From the NCBI GenBank assembly GCA_028707815.1, contig JAQWAE010000006.1, positions 3,426 to 67,425 of the forward strand: a stretch of DNA of 64,000 nucleotides, written 5' to 3'. Positions within the stretch are counted from its first letter, which is position 1; every line of letters begins with the position of its first letter. A model generated the notes under the pieces. That model had not been told where the DNA came from. It was given only the letters and a program-made list of their open reading frames with translations, and made no database searches. The DNA comes from Bacteroidales bacterium. GTDB lineage: Bacteria; Bacteroidota; Bacteroidia; Bacteroidales; BM520. Position numbers and translations under genes: made by a program. This document shows, one piece after another, positions 37,141 through 46,773 of this stretch.

Positions 37141-38910
37141 TTATTTTATAATATTTATAAATTGACTATCAGTACGGTAGTTGATAAATTCAACGTCTTT
37201 GCCTGCCTTTGCTTTCATGTCCGAATTAGCTTGAACAGCTTTGCTGAGGTTGTCAATAACCATTTTCTTGTTGTCTAATCTTGCTCCTAAGACTGCTGAT
37301 AAATAATATTTTGCATCTGTATCCGGCGTGCATTGTAACATTTGCTTTGCTTTGTCATAGTCTTGATTGACAACATAATATAACGCTTTGTTGTAATTAC
37401 AACTTTCATTTTCCAAGTTTTTACCGGCTTCAGTGTAATTACCTTCATAAATGTTTATTATACCTTTGTTATATGCAGTGTTCGCTCCAACTTTTGCAGC
37501 TTGATTAAATAATTCTTTGGCTTTGGTAAAGTCGTTGCTGTTTAAATAACAAACACCTAAGTTGTTCAATATCATAGGATTATTTGGCGACAAGTTGTTG
37601 GCTTTTTCTAAATATGTTTTAGCGGCACCGTATTCACCTTGAATAATTTTTACAGCACCTGCATTTACTAACCCTTTCCAATCATTAGGAAATAAATTTG
37701 CGTAAGCTGTATATATCTTGTCTTGTTCATCTATATTTGATGTAAGAGTTCCTGCATATAACAATTCTTTATTCAATAAATAACTCGGATTGGTTAAAGC
37801 GTATTCTAATATATCTGCATCTGTTTTCTTGGGCTCATAGAAGTTGAAAACTATCTCGGCTCTACGCAAAGGAGGTAATACTTCGTCTTTTAATTCTTCA
37901 TAGATAAGTGTCATGTTACGAATTTCCTGCTCTTTTTGTATTGGCTTTGACTGCGATTTGACAACATTCAAAATCATATTTTTGTCTTTGATGTTGGACT
38001 TTTCGACAGCTGTCATAAATCCATTCCAGTCTTCTCCAAGTGCTTGAACGTTATAGCTGTATTCTGCTTCCGGATTTTTTACTTTGACATTGGATTTTTT
38101 GTCTTTATATAGTTCTTTGTATATATTGCTGACAATGGCTTTAGCAGAAACAGACCTTTTTTCGGATAACCCTTCATTAAATCTTTCTTCTCCTTCAGGG
38201 GAGGCATACGCCTTTATGTTTATACTTTCTACCGACCAACCTAAATCGATAAATTCTTTCATTTCCTTAATTTGATTTTGAACACCATTTTTCTTGTTCA
38301 AAGGCAGCTTTAAGTCAATTTTGTGTAAATTGACTTGAAAGTAAACAGTAAAATCTTTGCTTACTATAGTGCTTTTTTCGTAATAATCGTTAGCATCCAT
38401 TCCTAATGCTTTAGCTGTTTCTTCGTCTGCAAAGTAGAGTTTGCCGTCAGTTGAAACGTTGCGTGAAGTAATAACAACACCATCAGCAAGTTTAATCTCT
38501 TCCGTGGGTAAGGATTTTTTTCCTTTAGTAATTTGCGGCTCAACAAACAGCTCCGATGTTTCCATCCCTTCTTCGTATTTGAAACTGTCTGTATAGCTTA
38601 TTGTCGCACCATTTTTAAATTTAATCACCTGTCCTTCTCCTTTGGCTTTTTCTCCCTTGAGAGTTATAGTCTTTAACTCTTTTTCTTTACCGGCATATTT
38701 TAAAACAGGAGTGAATTTGACAACAGCTTTTTTGTTAAAAGAACTTGCCGGTATGTCGCCTTGAACCGAAACGTTGACAATGTCGCCTTTTACTTCAAGA
38801 GGATTAGGTGTAACTGTGTATTTTTCAGGCATTTTAACACCTGCACAGCTTGAAAATAACAAAACAGCAATAAATGAAATTGCTAATCCATAAAATAATT
38901 TTCTTTTCAT
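37141..38910 (-). CDS. lipoprotein with degenerate OmpA-like segment and C-terminal TPR repeats
   Basis: Lipobox LFSSCAG (ATG 38910; the track start at 38916 is TTG). ..AYASPEGEERFNEGLSEKRS.. segment. TPR-like repeats (YLEKANNLSPNNPMILNNLGVCYL..). Confidence 0.6.
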   Translation of the reverse strand: MKRKLFYGLAISFIAVLLFSSCAGVKMPEKYTVTPNPLEVKGDIVNVSVQGDIPASSFNKKAVVKFTPVLKYAGKEKELKTITLKGEKAKGEGQVIKFKNGATISYTDSFKYEEGMETSELFVEPQITKGKKSLPTEEIKLADGVVITSRNVSTDGKLYFADEETAKALGMDANDYYEKSTIVSKDFTVYFQVNLHKIDLKLPLNKKNGVQNQIKEMKEFIDLGWSVESINIKAYASPEGEERFNEGLSEKRSVSAKAIVSNIYKELYKDKKSNVKVKNPEAEYSYNVQALGEDWNGFMTAVEKSNIKDKNMILNVVKSQSKPIQKEQEIRNMTLIYEELKDEVLPPLRRAEIVFNFYEPKKTDADILEYALTNPSYLLNKELLYAGTLTSNIDEQDKIYTAYANLFPNDWKGLVNAGAVKIIQGEYGAAKTYLEKANNLSPNNPMILNNLGVCYLNSNDFTKAKELFNQAAKVGANTAYNKGIINIYEGNYTEAGKNLENESCNYNKALYYVVNQDYDKAKQMLQCTPDTDAKYYLSAVLGARLDNKKMVIDNLSKAVQANSDMKAKAGKDVEFINYRTDSQFINIIK

Positions 38911-38944
38911 ATACAAAATATAATTTTTAAGTTGATTTTTTGTG

Positions 38945-38952
38945 CAAAGATA
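38945..38952 (-). promoter_or_regulatory. -7 promoter box (TATCTTTG on the minus strand)
   Basis: CAAAGATA on the plus strand, 35 nt upstream of ATG 38910. Confidence 0.5.
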
Positions 38953-39026
38953 AATTCTTTGAAGCTATCTGGGTTAGTAGTAATTTTAAAAAATGGTTAA
39001 ATATAATTTTATAGGACTTCGTAGTA

Positions 39027-39848
39027 TTACTTGCTTGTTACTTTTGCGTTTGAACTTATTTTGGGGTGTTTACATTGTGACCAAATAATGAAAAACACTC
39101 CTAATAAGATAAGTGGAATAGATAGAATTTGTCCCATATTCAGTGTCATGGTTTGTTCAAAATCTACTTGAGGATTTTTGATAAATTCCACAAAAAATCT
39201 AAATACAAATATCATTACAAGAAAAAGTCCGAACAAAAACCCGTTTTTAGGTTTATAATTTTTCTTTTTGTAAATTATAAGTAGCGTTATGTAAGTGATA
39301 ATACACATAAAAGCTTCATAAAATTGAGTAGGGTGTTTAGGAACAGTTTCACCATTTCTTAAAAAAATTACGCCCCACGGCAATGTGGTTTCAACTCCGT
39401 AAATTTCCGAGTTACAGAAGTTGCCTAACCTGATTAATGCGCCGGCAATGGCTACACCAATGACAAGCCTGTCTAAAAACCAAATAGGATTGAATTTGTA
39501 TTTGCGTGCAAGTATTATTACGGCTATGGGCAATGCTATTGCTGCACCGTGACTTGCCAAACCACCTTCCCACGTTTTTAATATCCGTAACGGATTGCTT
39601 AAATAATACTCAGGTTCATAAAACAAACAGTGTCCGAGCCGAGCTCCTACTATTAACGCAACTATAAGCCATATCGATATCTTGTCAAGAAGTCCAGCTT
39701 GTATCTTCTCTTTCTTAAAAGTATAATTGACAGTGAGATAGGCTAAGTATATGCCTAATGCAAATAATAATCCATACCACGCAATGTGAACCGAACTATG
39801 CGGAAATATCTTAGGCTCAAAATTCCAAACTATATAATCAAGTATCAT
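39027..39848 (-). CDS. lgt: prolipoprotein diacylglyceryl transferase
   Basis: Polytopic membrane protein with the WEGGLASHGAAI motif and Lgt-typical length. Confidence 0.85.
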   Translation of the reverse strand: MILDYIVWNFEPKIFPHSSVHIAWYGLLFALGIYLAYLTVNYTFKKEKIQAGLLDKISIWLIVALIVGARLGHCLFYEPEYYLSNPLRILKTWEGGLASHGAAIALPIAVIILARKYKFNPIWFLDRLVIGVAIAGALIRLGNFCNSEIYGVETTLPWGVIFLRNGETVPKHPTQFYEAFMCIITYITLLIIYKKKNYKPKNGFLFGLFLVMIFVFRFFVEFIKNPQVDFEQTMTLNMGQILSIPLILLGVFFIIWSQCKHPKISSNAKVTSK

Positions 39849-39934
39849 ACTGAAAAATTTTTGCGAAGATACAAAAATACTTCGGACATTTTGCGGTTTT
39901 TCGGATAATAAATATATAACTAAATTATTTTACT

Positions 39935-41035
39935 ATGAATGAAGATGTATATTATTTAATAGCTTTGACGTTTGTATCCAATATTGGAACAGGTATAGGT
40001 AAAAAATTACTTGTCCATATAGGAAACGCAAAAGATGTTTTTAAAGAGAATGTAAAAGTGCTAAAAGCTATTCCGGGAATAGGCGACAGTGTGGCTAATT
40101 CTCTGAAATCCACAAAGATGGCTTTCGCTATGGCTGAGAAAGAAGTGAATTATGTTATGAAAAATTCTATTCGAGTTACTTCATTCGTAGATAAAGAATA
40201 TCCGGAACGTTTGAAACAATGTGCTGACAGCCCGATTCTATATTATTGGAAAGGGAATAAAGAACCGAATATGGATAAAATGCTTGCAGTTGTAGGTACA
40301 AGAAATGCAACTGACTATGGGCGACTGATGACGGAAAATATAATTTCAGGATTGAAAGAGTATAATATAGGTATAGTCAGCGGGCTGGCTTATGGCATTG
40401 ATACCGCAGCGCATAAATCTGCTTTGTCGGATAGTCTGCCAACTTTTGCTGTATTGGGTCATGGCTTCTCTACCATCTATCCTAATACAAATTATGAACT
40501 GTCTAAAAAGATTGAAGCTAATGGAGCGTTAATTACGGAATTTCCTTCCGATACCATGCCTAATAAAGAAAATTTTCCTAAAAGAAACCGTATAATTGCC
40601 GGACTTTCTGATGCTATATTGATTATAGAAGCTGCTCAAAAGGGTGGTGCGCTAATTACCGCTGATATTGCACATAGTTATAATAAAGATGTCTTTGCTG
40701 TACCGGGCAGAGTGACCGACATCTATTCTGCCGGCTGTAATGACCTCATTAAAAGACAAAAAGCTTATGTCGTCCATTCGGCTGCCGACATTATCGAAAA
40801 TATGAATTGGGATAAAATGCTCGCTGTATCAGGTATGCAGAAAAAACTGTTTTTCGACTTAACTGAACATCAACAAACTATTGTCGATATTGTGGAAAAT
40901 GAATCTGTTTGTGATATGGATGCTATATCATATAAATTAAAAATCCCCATCAACAGGTTGGCTTTTGATTTGCTTGACCTTGAGTTGAAGGGGATTATTA
41001 AATGCCTTCCCGGCAAAAAATATGCTATGCTATAA
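39935..41035 (+). CDS. dprA: DNA-processing protein DprA
   Basis: GLAYGIDTAAH motif, Rossmann-like core, C-terminal winged-helix. Confidence 0.9.
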   Translation: MNEDVYYLIALTFVSNIGTGIGKKLLVHIGNAKDVFKENVKVLKAIPGIGDSVANSLKSTKMAFAMAEKEVNYVMKNSIRVTSFVDKEYPERLKQCADSPILYYWKGNKEPNMDKMLAVVGTRNATDYGRLMTENIISGLKEYNIGIVSGLAYGIDTAAHKSALSDSLPTFAVLGHGFSTIYPNTNYELSKKIEANGALITEFPSDTMPNKENFPKRNRIIAGLSDAILIIEAAQKGGALITADIAHSYNKDVFAVPGRVTDIYSAGCNDLIKRQKAYVVHSAADIIENMNWDKMLAVSGMQKKLFFDLTEHQQTIVDIVENESVCDMDAISYKLKIPINRLAFDLLDLELKGIIKCLPGKKYAML

Positions 41036-41036
41036 T

Positions 41037-44000
41037 TTATTGCTTACCATATAAAATCGATACAAAACTTTCTGACTCCGCATTATATTGCTCTCCTAAT
41101 TCCTTGAGCTGATACTTGTCGCATTTATTTGCCAACTCACGTATGAAAGCTGCTGCATTCTTGGCATCATCTTGATAATATTCATAGAATGGAGATTTTA
41201 ATGATAAGTAATATACAATTTCTTCATAATAACGTTTGTGTATCGTTTCTATAAGAGAAATAACCTTATCCATTTGATTAGCAGCAGAATACACATCTAT
41301 GAGCTGATATGTGTAATAGTCGTACGGAAATTTGTCATTCGGATAAAAATATAGCATCTTATCGGCTACTATGGCTGCTGAATCAGGCTTGCCTGCATTG
41401 AGCAAAGCATAAGCAAGTCTGTAATATTGTTGCTTTACCATCGGACTTGACCGCTGACTTTCTCTGTCTACGGTCACTTTCGGGTCATTAAGATTGCCCC
41501 AGCGTACCTTGTCGACAAGAATATCATACGACCTGTCTGCATCAACACCTCCTAACCCGTTGATGTAGTTGTCTCTTACAACAACAGGAACAAATCTGTA
41601 AACATCACCGTCTAAATAACAGTATTTGTCAACGTTAAATATAGCCTTGACAATGCTCGGATTAGTAAAGTATAAAGGACGGTCCCAATTGAAACTTGCA
41701 ATAAAATCAAGAAACAATAAATCATTCTTGTACAAGATGTTAGGTGTTATTGTCCATTCTATTTCATCTACTATTCTGTCTGCCCATTCAGGTGGAACTA
41801 TGCCGTTGGCAAGTACTTTTTCTTTGTCAACTTTTAATTTAAAGGTTTTACATGGAAAAGTGTTGATTTTTTTACCATCTTGAGTAGACATCAAAAATCT
41901 GTCATTAGCCAATAATTTTATAAATTCGGTAATGTCAACGGCTGATTTAATACCTCTGTCATGGTATCGCAAATATTCATTAACACCTTTGTAATAATCC
42001 TTTTTATCAAGTGTCAGCGGTAAAGTATCGGAATTATAAACTTTGCGCATCATTTGTGCAGCATACCAATCACTTGAAGATAACATGAAGTTGGTAACTC
42101 TGATGTCCGTTCTGAACCCTTCAACTTCCTGTACGTACCAAAGCGGGAAGGTGTCGTTATCACCATTGGTTATCAAAACAGAATTGGGAAGACAACCGAT
42201 AAGGTAATTTTTGCCTCCATCGCAGGCTGCATATTTACCATGACGGTTGTGGTCGTCCCAACCTTCTTTTGCCATTATAGTGGGAACCGCCAATAAACAT
42301 ATTATGAAAGAAATTACAGTGGCAATTTTTTCATTCTTTATCAATTTAGTAAGTAAATTGATAATGCTTAAAACGCCTAAGCCAATCCAGATGGCAAAGG
42401 CATAAAAAGAGCCGGCATAAGCATAATCTCTTTCTCTTGGCTGAAATGGTGTCTGGTTAAGATAAACTATGATGGCAAGCCCTGTCATTAAAAATAAGGA
42501 TAACACGACTAAGCCGTTTTTGGAATCGCATTTAAATTGATAAAATAATCCTAATAAACCTAATATCAGCGGTAAAAAATAAAAACTGTTGTTGGCAGGA
42601 TTTTTCATGCTGTCCGGTAAGTCTTGATTTCCGAGACGTGCCTCATCAATGAATTTAATGCCCGATTTCCAGTTGCCACTCTCTAATCCTCCATAGCTCT
42701 CAATGTCGTTTTGTCTTCCTACAAAATTCCAGAAGAAATAACGTAAATACATGTGATTTATCTGATAAGAGAAGAAAAATCTCAGATTTTCGCCAAAAGT
42801 AGGGCAGTATATCAACTCGGTAGAGCCGTCAGGTTGTTGTATTTTCATAGGAGTACCCTTGATTTTTCCCCACTGCTTGTAAGCATCAGAATATGTGTCT
42901 TTGGTGTTGTTCCACATCCTCGGAAAAATAGTACTCATGTCTTTGTCATAATGCGGCTTGCTGCTTTTACCTGTGTCTGTTTGCAAATATTTACCGCTTT
43001 CTTTGTCTTTTACATAAGTTGGAGAACCATCAACAAAATCATCTATAGGAGCATTGTAATATGGTCCGTATACAACAGGAGTAGCTCCATATTGCTCACG
43101 ATTCAGATACGACAATAAACTTATGGCATCAGAAGGACAACCTTCGTTTATTGGCGTGTTGGTGTTAGCACGAACTACAAGAATGAAAAATGTTGAATAT
43201 CCTATTAAAAGAAATACAAAACTCATTATCACAGTGTTCCATAATACGGAGTTGCGTTTTATAGTAAGATACCAGCATAGTACAATAAGCCCGATTAAAA
43301 GAATAAAGTATATTATCGTCCCCGAATTAAACGGCATTCCTATAGTGTTGACAAAGAACAATTCAAATGCTCCGGCTAACTTCACAACCAGAGGAATAAT
43401 AATGTATAAAACTGCAGCTATGATAACGAAAGAAAGTAGTATTGTTACAATCACTCCTTTAGTACGCGGTTTATACTTCTTATAATAAACTACTAAAGAT
43501 ATTGCTGTGATAGCCAATAAGTTAAGTAGATGAACGCCTATGGATAAGCCAATAACGTATGATATAAAAATTAACCATCTTAAACCGTATCTGTCGTCTT
43601 TCTCTTCGTTCCATTTTAATATTGCCCAAAATACTATGGCTGTACATAACGAAGACATGGCGTAAACCTCTCCTTCAACGGCGGAAAACCAAAATGTGTC
43701 GGAAAATGTATACGCTAAAGCACCAATGATGCCGGCAACTAATATCATCCATTTTTTAGAGCCGTTTTCTTTTAAATTCAAATCTGTTTTTGGCGCTATG
43801 ATGTTTTTTGCAAGCATGGTAATAGACCAAAACAAAAATAAAATAGTGAAACTGCTACATAATGCAGACATCACATTCACCATCATTGCGATGTGTTCTA
43901 CGTTGCCGAAAGCAAAGAGTGAAAAAAATCTGCCAATTAGTTGAAATGTTGGTGCTCCCGGTGGATGCCCAACTTGTAATTTTGATGCAGTTGCTATGTA

Positions 44001-44114
44001 CTCTCCACAATCCCACCAACTCGCAGTAGGCTCTAATGTACAAAAATAGGTAACAGTCGCTATCGCAAAAACTGTCCAACCTATAATGTTGTTTAAATGT
44101 TTGTAATTTTTCAT
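41037..44114 (-). CDS. DUF2723-type polytopic membrane glycosyltransferase-like protein (TMEM260/PMT-like fold)
   Basis: About 1025 aa. N-terminus ..EPTASWWDCGEYIATASKLQVGHPPGAP.. is typical of DUF2723. More than 10 TM segments, then a soluble helical-repeat C-terminus. ATG 44114 (the track start at 44117 is TTG). Confidence 0.7.
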   Translation of the reverse strand: MKNYKHLNNIIGWTVFAIATVTYFCTLEPTASWWDCGEYIATASKLQVGHPPGAPTFQLIGRFFSLFAFGNVEHIAMMVNVMSALCSSFTILFLFWSITMLAKNIIAPKTDLNLKENGSKKWMILVAGIIGALAYTFSDTFWFSAVEGEVYAMSSLCTAIVFWAILKWNEEKDDRYGLRWLIFISYVIGLSIGVHLLNLLAITAISLVVYYKKYKPRTKGVIVTILLSFVIIAAVLYIIIPLVVKLAGAFELFFVNTIGMPFNSGTIIYFILLIGLIVLCWYLTIKRNSVLWNTVIMSFVFLLIGYSTFFILVVRANTNTPINEGCPSDAISLLSYLNREQYGATPVVYGPYYNAPIDDFVDGSPTYVKDKESGKYLQTDTGKSSKPHYDKDMSTIFPRMWNNTKDTYSDAYKQWGKIKGTPMKIQQPDGSTELIYCPTFGENLRFFFSYQINHMYLRYFFWNFVGRQNDIESYGGLESGNWKSGIKFIDEARLGNQDLPDSMKNPANNSFYFLPLILGLLGLFYQFKCDSKNGLVVLSLFLMTGLAIIVYLNQTPFQPRERDYAYAGSFYAFAIWIGLGVLSIINLLTKLIKNEKIATVISFIICLLAVPTIMAKEGWDDHNRHGKYAACDGGKNYLIGCLPNSVLITNGDNDTFPLWYVQEVEGFRTDIRVTNFMLSSSDWYAAQMMRKVYNSDTLPLTLDKKDYYKGVNEYLRYHDRGIKSAVDITEFIKLLANDRFLMSTQDGKKINTFPCKTFKLKVDKEKVLANGIVPPEWADRIVDEIEWTITPNILYKNDLLFLDFIASFNWDRPLYFTNPSIVKAIFNVDKYCYLDGDVYRFVPVVVRDNYINGLGGVDADRSYDILVDKVRWGNLNDPKVTVDRESQRSSPMVKQQYYRLAYALLNAGKPDSAAIVADKMLYFYPNDKFPYDYYTYQLIDVYSAANQMDKVISLIETIHKRYYEEIVYYLSLKSPFYEYYQDDAKNAAAFIRELANKCDKYQLKELGEQYNAESESFVSILYGKQ

Positions 44115-44151
44115 CAAAAAGTATTTATAACTATATAATTATATCAAACTG

Positions 44152-44159
44152 CAAAGATA
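44152..44159 (-). promoter_or_regulatory. -7 promoter box (TATCTTTG on the minus strand)
   Basis: CAAAGATA on the plus strand, 38 nt upstream of ATG 44114. Confidence 0.5.
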
Positions 44160-44357
44160 GTATAAATTCTAAAATAAATCGTAATCAAACCAAAATTGGA
44201 AAAAATTATGCCCGGAAAAATTGTTCGTAACGGTTCTGATATTTTTTTTGTGACAATATTAGATTTTATTAAAAATAGTTCTTACATTTACAAACTCGAA
44301 AATAATAATTGTTCTTACTAAATTGTAATTGTGTAATAATCGTATAATCAATGCTTT

Positions 44358-44573
44358 ATGAGAAAAAAGAGAAGGAAGCCATATAAAACAATTGCCTTTA
44401 AATTATCGGCACGACAGTATAAATCATTACAAAATTATTGCAGATATAGGCATACAACGCCGATAAAACTTGTTAAGCGTTCGATAGCTAAGTACATAGA
44501 ATGTTATTCCGATGCTCCTTCCGTGGAGTCTTATGTGACGAATAATCAATTGGAACTCTTTGATGATATTTGA
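44358..44573 (+). CDS. possible small basic ribbon-helix-helix-like protein (hypothetical)
   Basis: 71-aa ORF: MRKKRRKPYKTIAFKLSARQYKSLQNYCRY..TPIKLVKRSIAKYIE.. (a beta strand plus two helices by eye). No clear promoter box. Its 3' end overlaps recR by 28 nt on the opposite strand. Confidence 0.3.
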   Translation: MRKKRRKPYKTIAFKLSARQYKSLQNYCRYRHTTPIKLVKRSIAKYIECYSDAPSVESYVTNNQLELFDDI

Positions 44574-45184
44574 TATTGATAAGGTATCCTGTTGATAATT
44601 GAACGTCCTAAGGTGATTTGGTCTGTATATTCAAGGTCGTAACCAAAAGCTACACCGCGTGCTATTGTAGTGATTTCTATGTTTTTATATTCGGATAGCT
44701 TTTTGTAAAGATATAAGGCTGTCGTATCTCCTTCTACCGAAGTTGGTAACGCAATGATTGCTTCTTGTATCTTGTCGGTTTCAACTCTGTTTAATAATGA
44801 TGAAATGTTTAAGTCGTTGATGCCAATGCCATTAATGGGTGATATGACACCTCCTAAAACATGATAAACACCATTGTATTGTGCCGTGTTTTCTATCGCT
44901 AAAACATCTGTTACATCTTCAACAATACATACTATGTTATGATTCCTTTTAGTATTTGCACATATATTACATATATCATCATCGGAAATATTATGACAAA
45001 CCCTGCAATATTTTATGTTGTCACGCATGTCTTGTATCGCCTCCGATAATGCTTTTGCATAATTTTTATCTTGCTTTAAAATATATAATGCCAAACGTAG
45101 TGCCGACCGTGTTCCAATTGTCGGTAAACTTGATAATTCATCAACAGCTTTTTGAACCAACTTCGATTGAATAAAATTTCCCAT
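44546..45184 (-). CDS. recR: recombination protein RecR
   Basis: HhH N-terminus (LPTIGTRSALRLA), C4 zinc finger CRVCHN...CNIC, Toprim domain. Confidence 0.9.
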   Translation of the reverse strand: MGNFIQSKLVQKAVDELSSLPTIGTRSALRLALYILKQDKNYAKALSEAIQDMRDNIKYCRVCHNISDDDICNICANTKRNHNIVCIVEDVTDVLAIENTAQYNGVYHVLGGVISPINGIGINDLNISSLLNRVETDKIQEAIIALPTSVEGDTTALYLYKKLSEYKNIEITTIARGVAFGYDLEYTDQITLGRSIINRIPYQYQISSKSSN

Positions 45185-45213
45185 ATCTTATTTTTATAAT
45201 TTACAAAAATAAT

Positions 45214-45221
45214 TAATTTTG
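45214..45221 (+). promoter_or_regulatory. -7 promoter box TAATTTTG
   Basis: TAnnTTTG match 19 nt upstream of ATG 45240. Confidence 0.45.
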
Positions 45222-45239
45222 TAAATTCGTTTGTCTATT

Positions 45240-45833
45240 ATGAAAAAGTTTTTATTATCATTGTTTTTAACTTTGTTTTTGTGTCAATTGATTGAATGTC
45301 AGACACATAATACTGAAATGCTCTGTGATACCGTTTTTTTTGAAACCGGAAAAATCAAAATTATCAGAACCCATAATGCAGATTTATCTGTTATGTATTG
45401 CAAATTGTTCGGCGAAAATGGGCGTACATTGATTGCTGAAGGTAAATATTTTGAAAAAAAACGCGATAGTATATGGACATTTTATGATAATAGTGGCGTG
45501 CTTAAATCTCGTGAAACTTATCTTAATGATTTGAAAAACGGTGAAAGTTCAATGTATTATGCAAACGGTAAAATCAGCGGAGTTTATGAATGGAAAAACG
45601 GAAATAAAGATGGTCTGTGGAAAGAATACTATTCTTCCGGAAATCTTAAAGCTGCCGGATTTTATACTAATGATAAATTAGCTGGTGGATATAAACTGTT
45701 TCACCCAAACAGACAGTTGTGTGTAGAAGGTTATTATGCTGATGATGTACGTGATGGAGTATGGAAATATTATGACGAAACAGGAAATTTGATTTCGGAA
45801 GAAAAGTATGTGAAAGGGAAAAAAGTTGAATAA
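45240..45833 (+). CDS. secreted MORN-variant repeat protein (YwqK-like family)
   Basis: Signal peptide MKKFLLSLFLTLFL. Repeated G...Y..NG...G.Y.W.NG.K.G.W units. Confidence 0.65.
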   Translation: MKKFLLSLFLTLFLCQLIECQTHNTEMLCDTVFFETGKIKIIRTHNADLSVMYCKLFGENGRTLIAEGKYFEKKRDSIWTFYDNSGVLKSRETYLNDLKNGESSMYYANGKISGVYEWKNGNKDGLWKEYYSSGNLKAAGFYTNDKLAGGYKLFHPNRQLCVEGYYADDVRDGVWKYYDETGNLISEEKYVKGKKVE

Positions 45834-46773
45834 CAGTAGAATAGATATAGATAAATATTCATTTTCCCTCGCTCCGCTGAGAGGTATAACAGGTAAAGAG
45901 TTTAGAACAGCTTTGACACGAAATTTTAATGGCATCTCTGCTTGTTTCCTGCCTTTTGTCTCTGTTACTGAGGTCTCTGCCGACAAATTTTCCCGTTATT
46001 CAAATATCTTTACTTTAGATGAACTACTAAACAAAGTTGATTATGAGGTAATTCCACAAATAATTGGTAATTATCCGCCTGCAATTGCCAGAATTTCTGC
46101 CATGTTTCGTGATAATGGCTTTAATCACGTGAACTTAAATCTTGGTTGTCCAATGCCGCAAATTACAAAAAAAATGAGAGGTAGCGGACTGCTGCCGTAT
46201 CCTGATAAAATTAAAAGTATTTTAGACGAAGTTTTTAAAGTCAACAATCTGAAATTTTCGGTAAAAATCAGATTGGGGCTAAATAGTTATGAAGATGCTT
46301 ATGATGTTATTGCCGTATTGAATAATTATCCTTTGCATGAGCTTATTATTCACCCACGACTTGCTATCGACAGATATGCCGGCGAAATCAACCTCACAGA
46401 GTTTGAAAAAGTAATGAAAATGACTTCAATACCTGTTACTTATAATGGCGACATAGTTGATTATGATACTTTTATCGATAAAACGTTACGCTTCCCGAAT
46501 ATCACAAATTACATGATAGGAAGAGGGCTGGTGGCTTGTCCTTTCTTGGTGGAGGCTTTTAAAGCAAATCATAGTCTTGATTACAATTTCTATTTCGATA
46601 AATTTAGAAATTTCTATTACGATTTGATAGATAGTTTGGAAGAATGTGAGGAGAGAGATAATGTTTCTCGCTTAAAAGCATATTGGATATATTTTAAGAA
46701 GTTTTTTCCTGATAGCGAAGAAGTTTACCATAAAATGGTTAGATGCAATTCTATCAGTGAAATGAAAATTTGA
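45826..46773 (+). CDS. tRNA-dihydrouridine synthase family protein
   Basis: LAPLRGITGKEFR, NLNLGCP and KIRLG motifs. Appears to use a TTG start (no ATG nearby) that overlaps the upstream gene by 8 nt. Confidence 0.75.
   Translation: MNNSRIDIDKYSFSLAPLRGITGKEFRTALTRNFNGISACFLPFVSVTEVSADKFSRYSNIFTLDELLNKVDYEVIPQIIGNYPPAIARISAMFRDNGFNHVNLNLGCPMPQITKKMRGSGLLPYPDKIKSILDEVFKVNNLKFSVKIRLGLNSYEDAYDVIAVLNNYPLHELIIHPRLAIDRYAGEINLTEFEKVMKMTSIPVTYNGDIVDYDTFIDKTLRFPNITNYMIGRGLVACPFLVEAFKANHSLDYNFYFDKFRNFYYDLIDSLEECEERDNVSRLKAYWIYFKKFFPDSEEVYHKMVRCNSISEMKI

Noticed and set aside
44186-44300. Short plus-strand ORF (MPGKIVRNGSDIFFVTILDF..., ~35 codons) in the 240-bp gap upstream of the RHH-like ORF.
   Set aside because: It is very short, with no motif, no promoter box and AT-rich random-looking composition.
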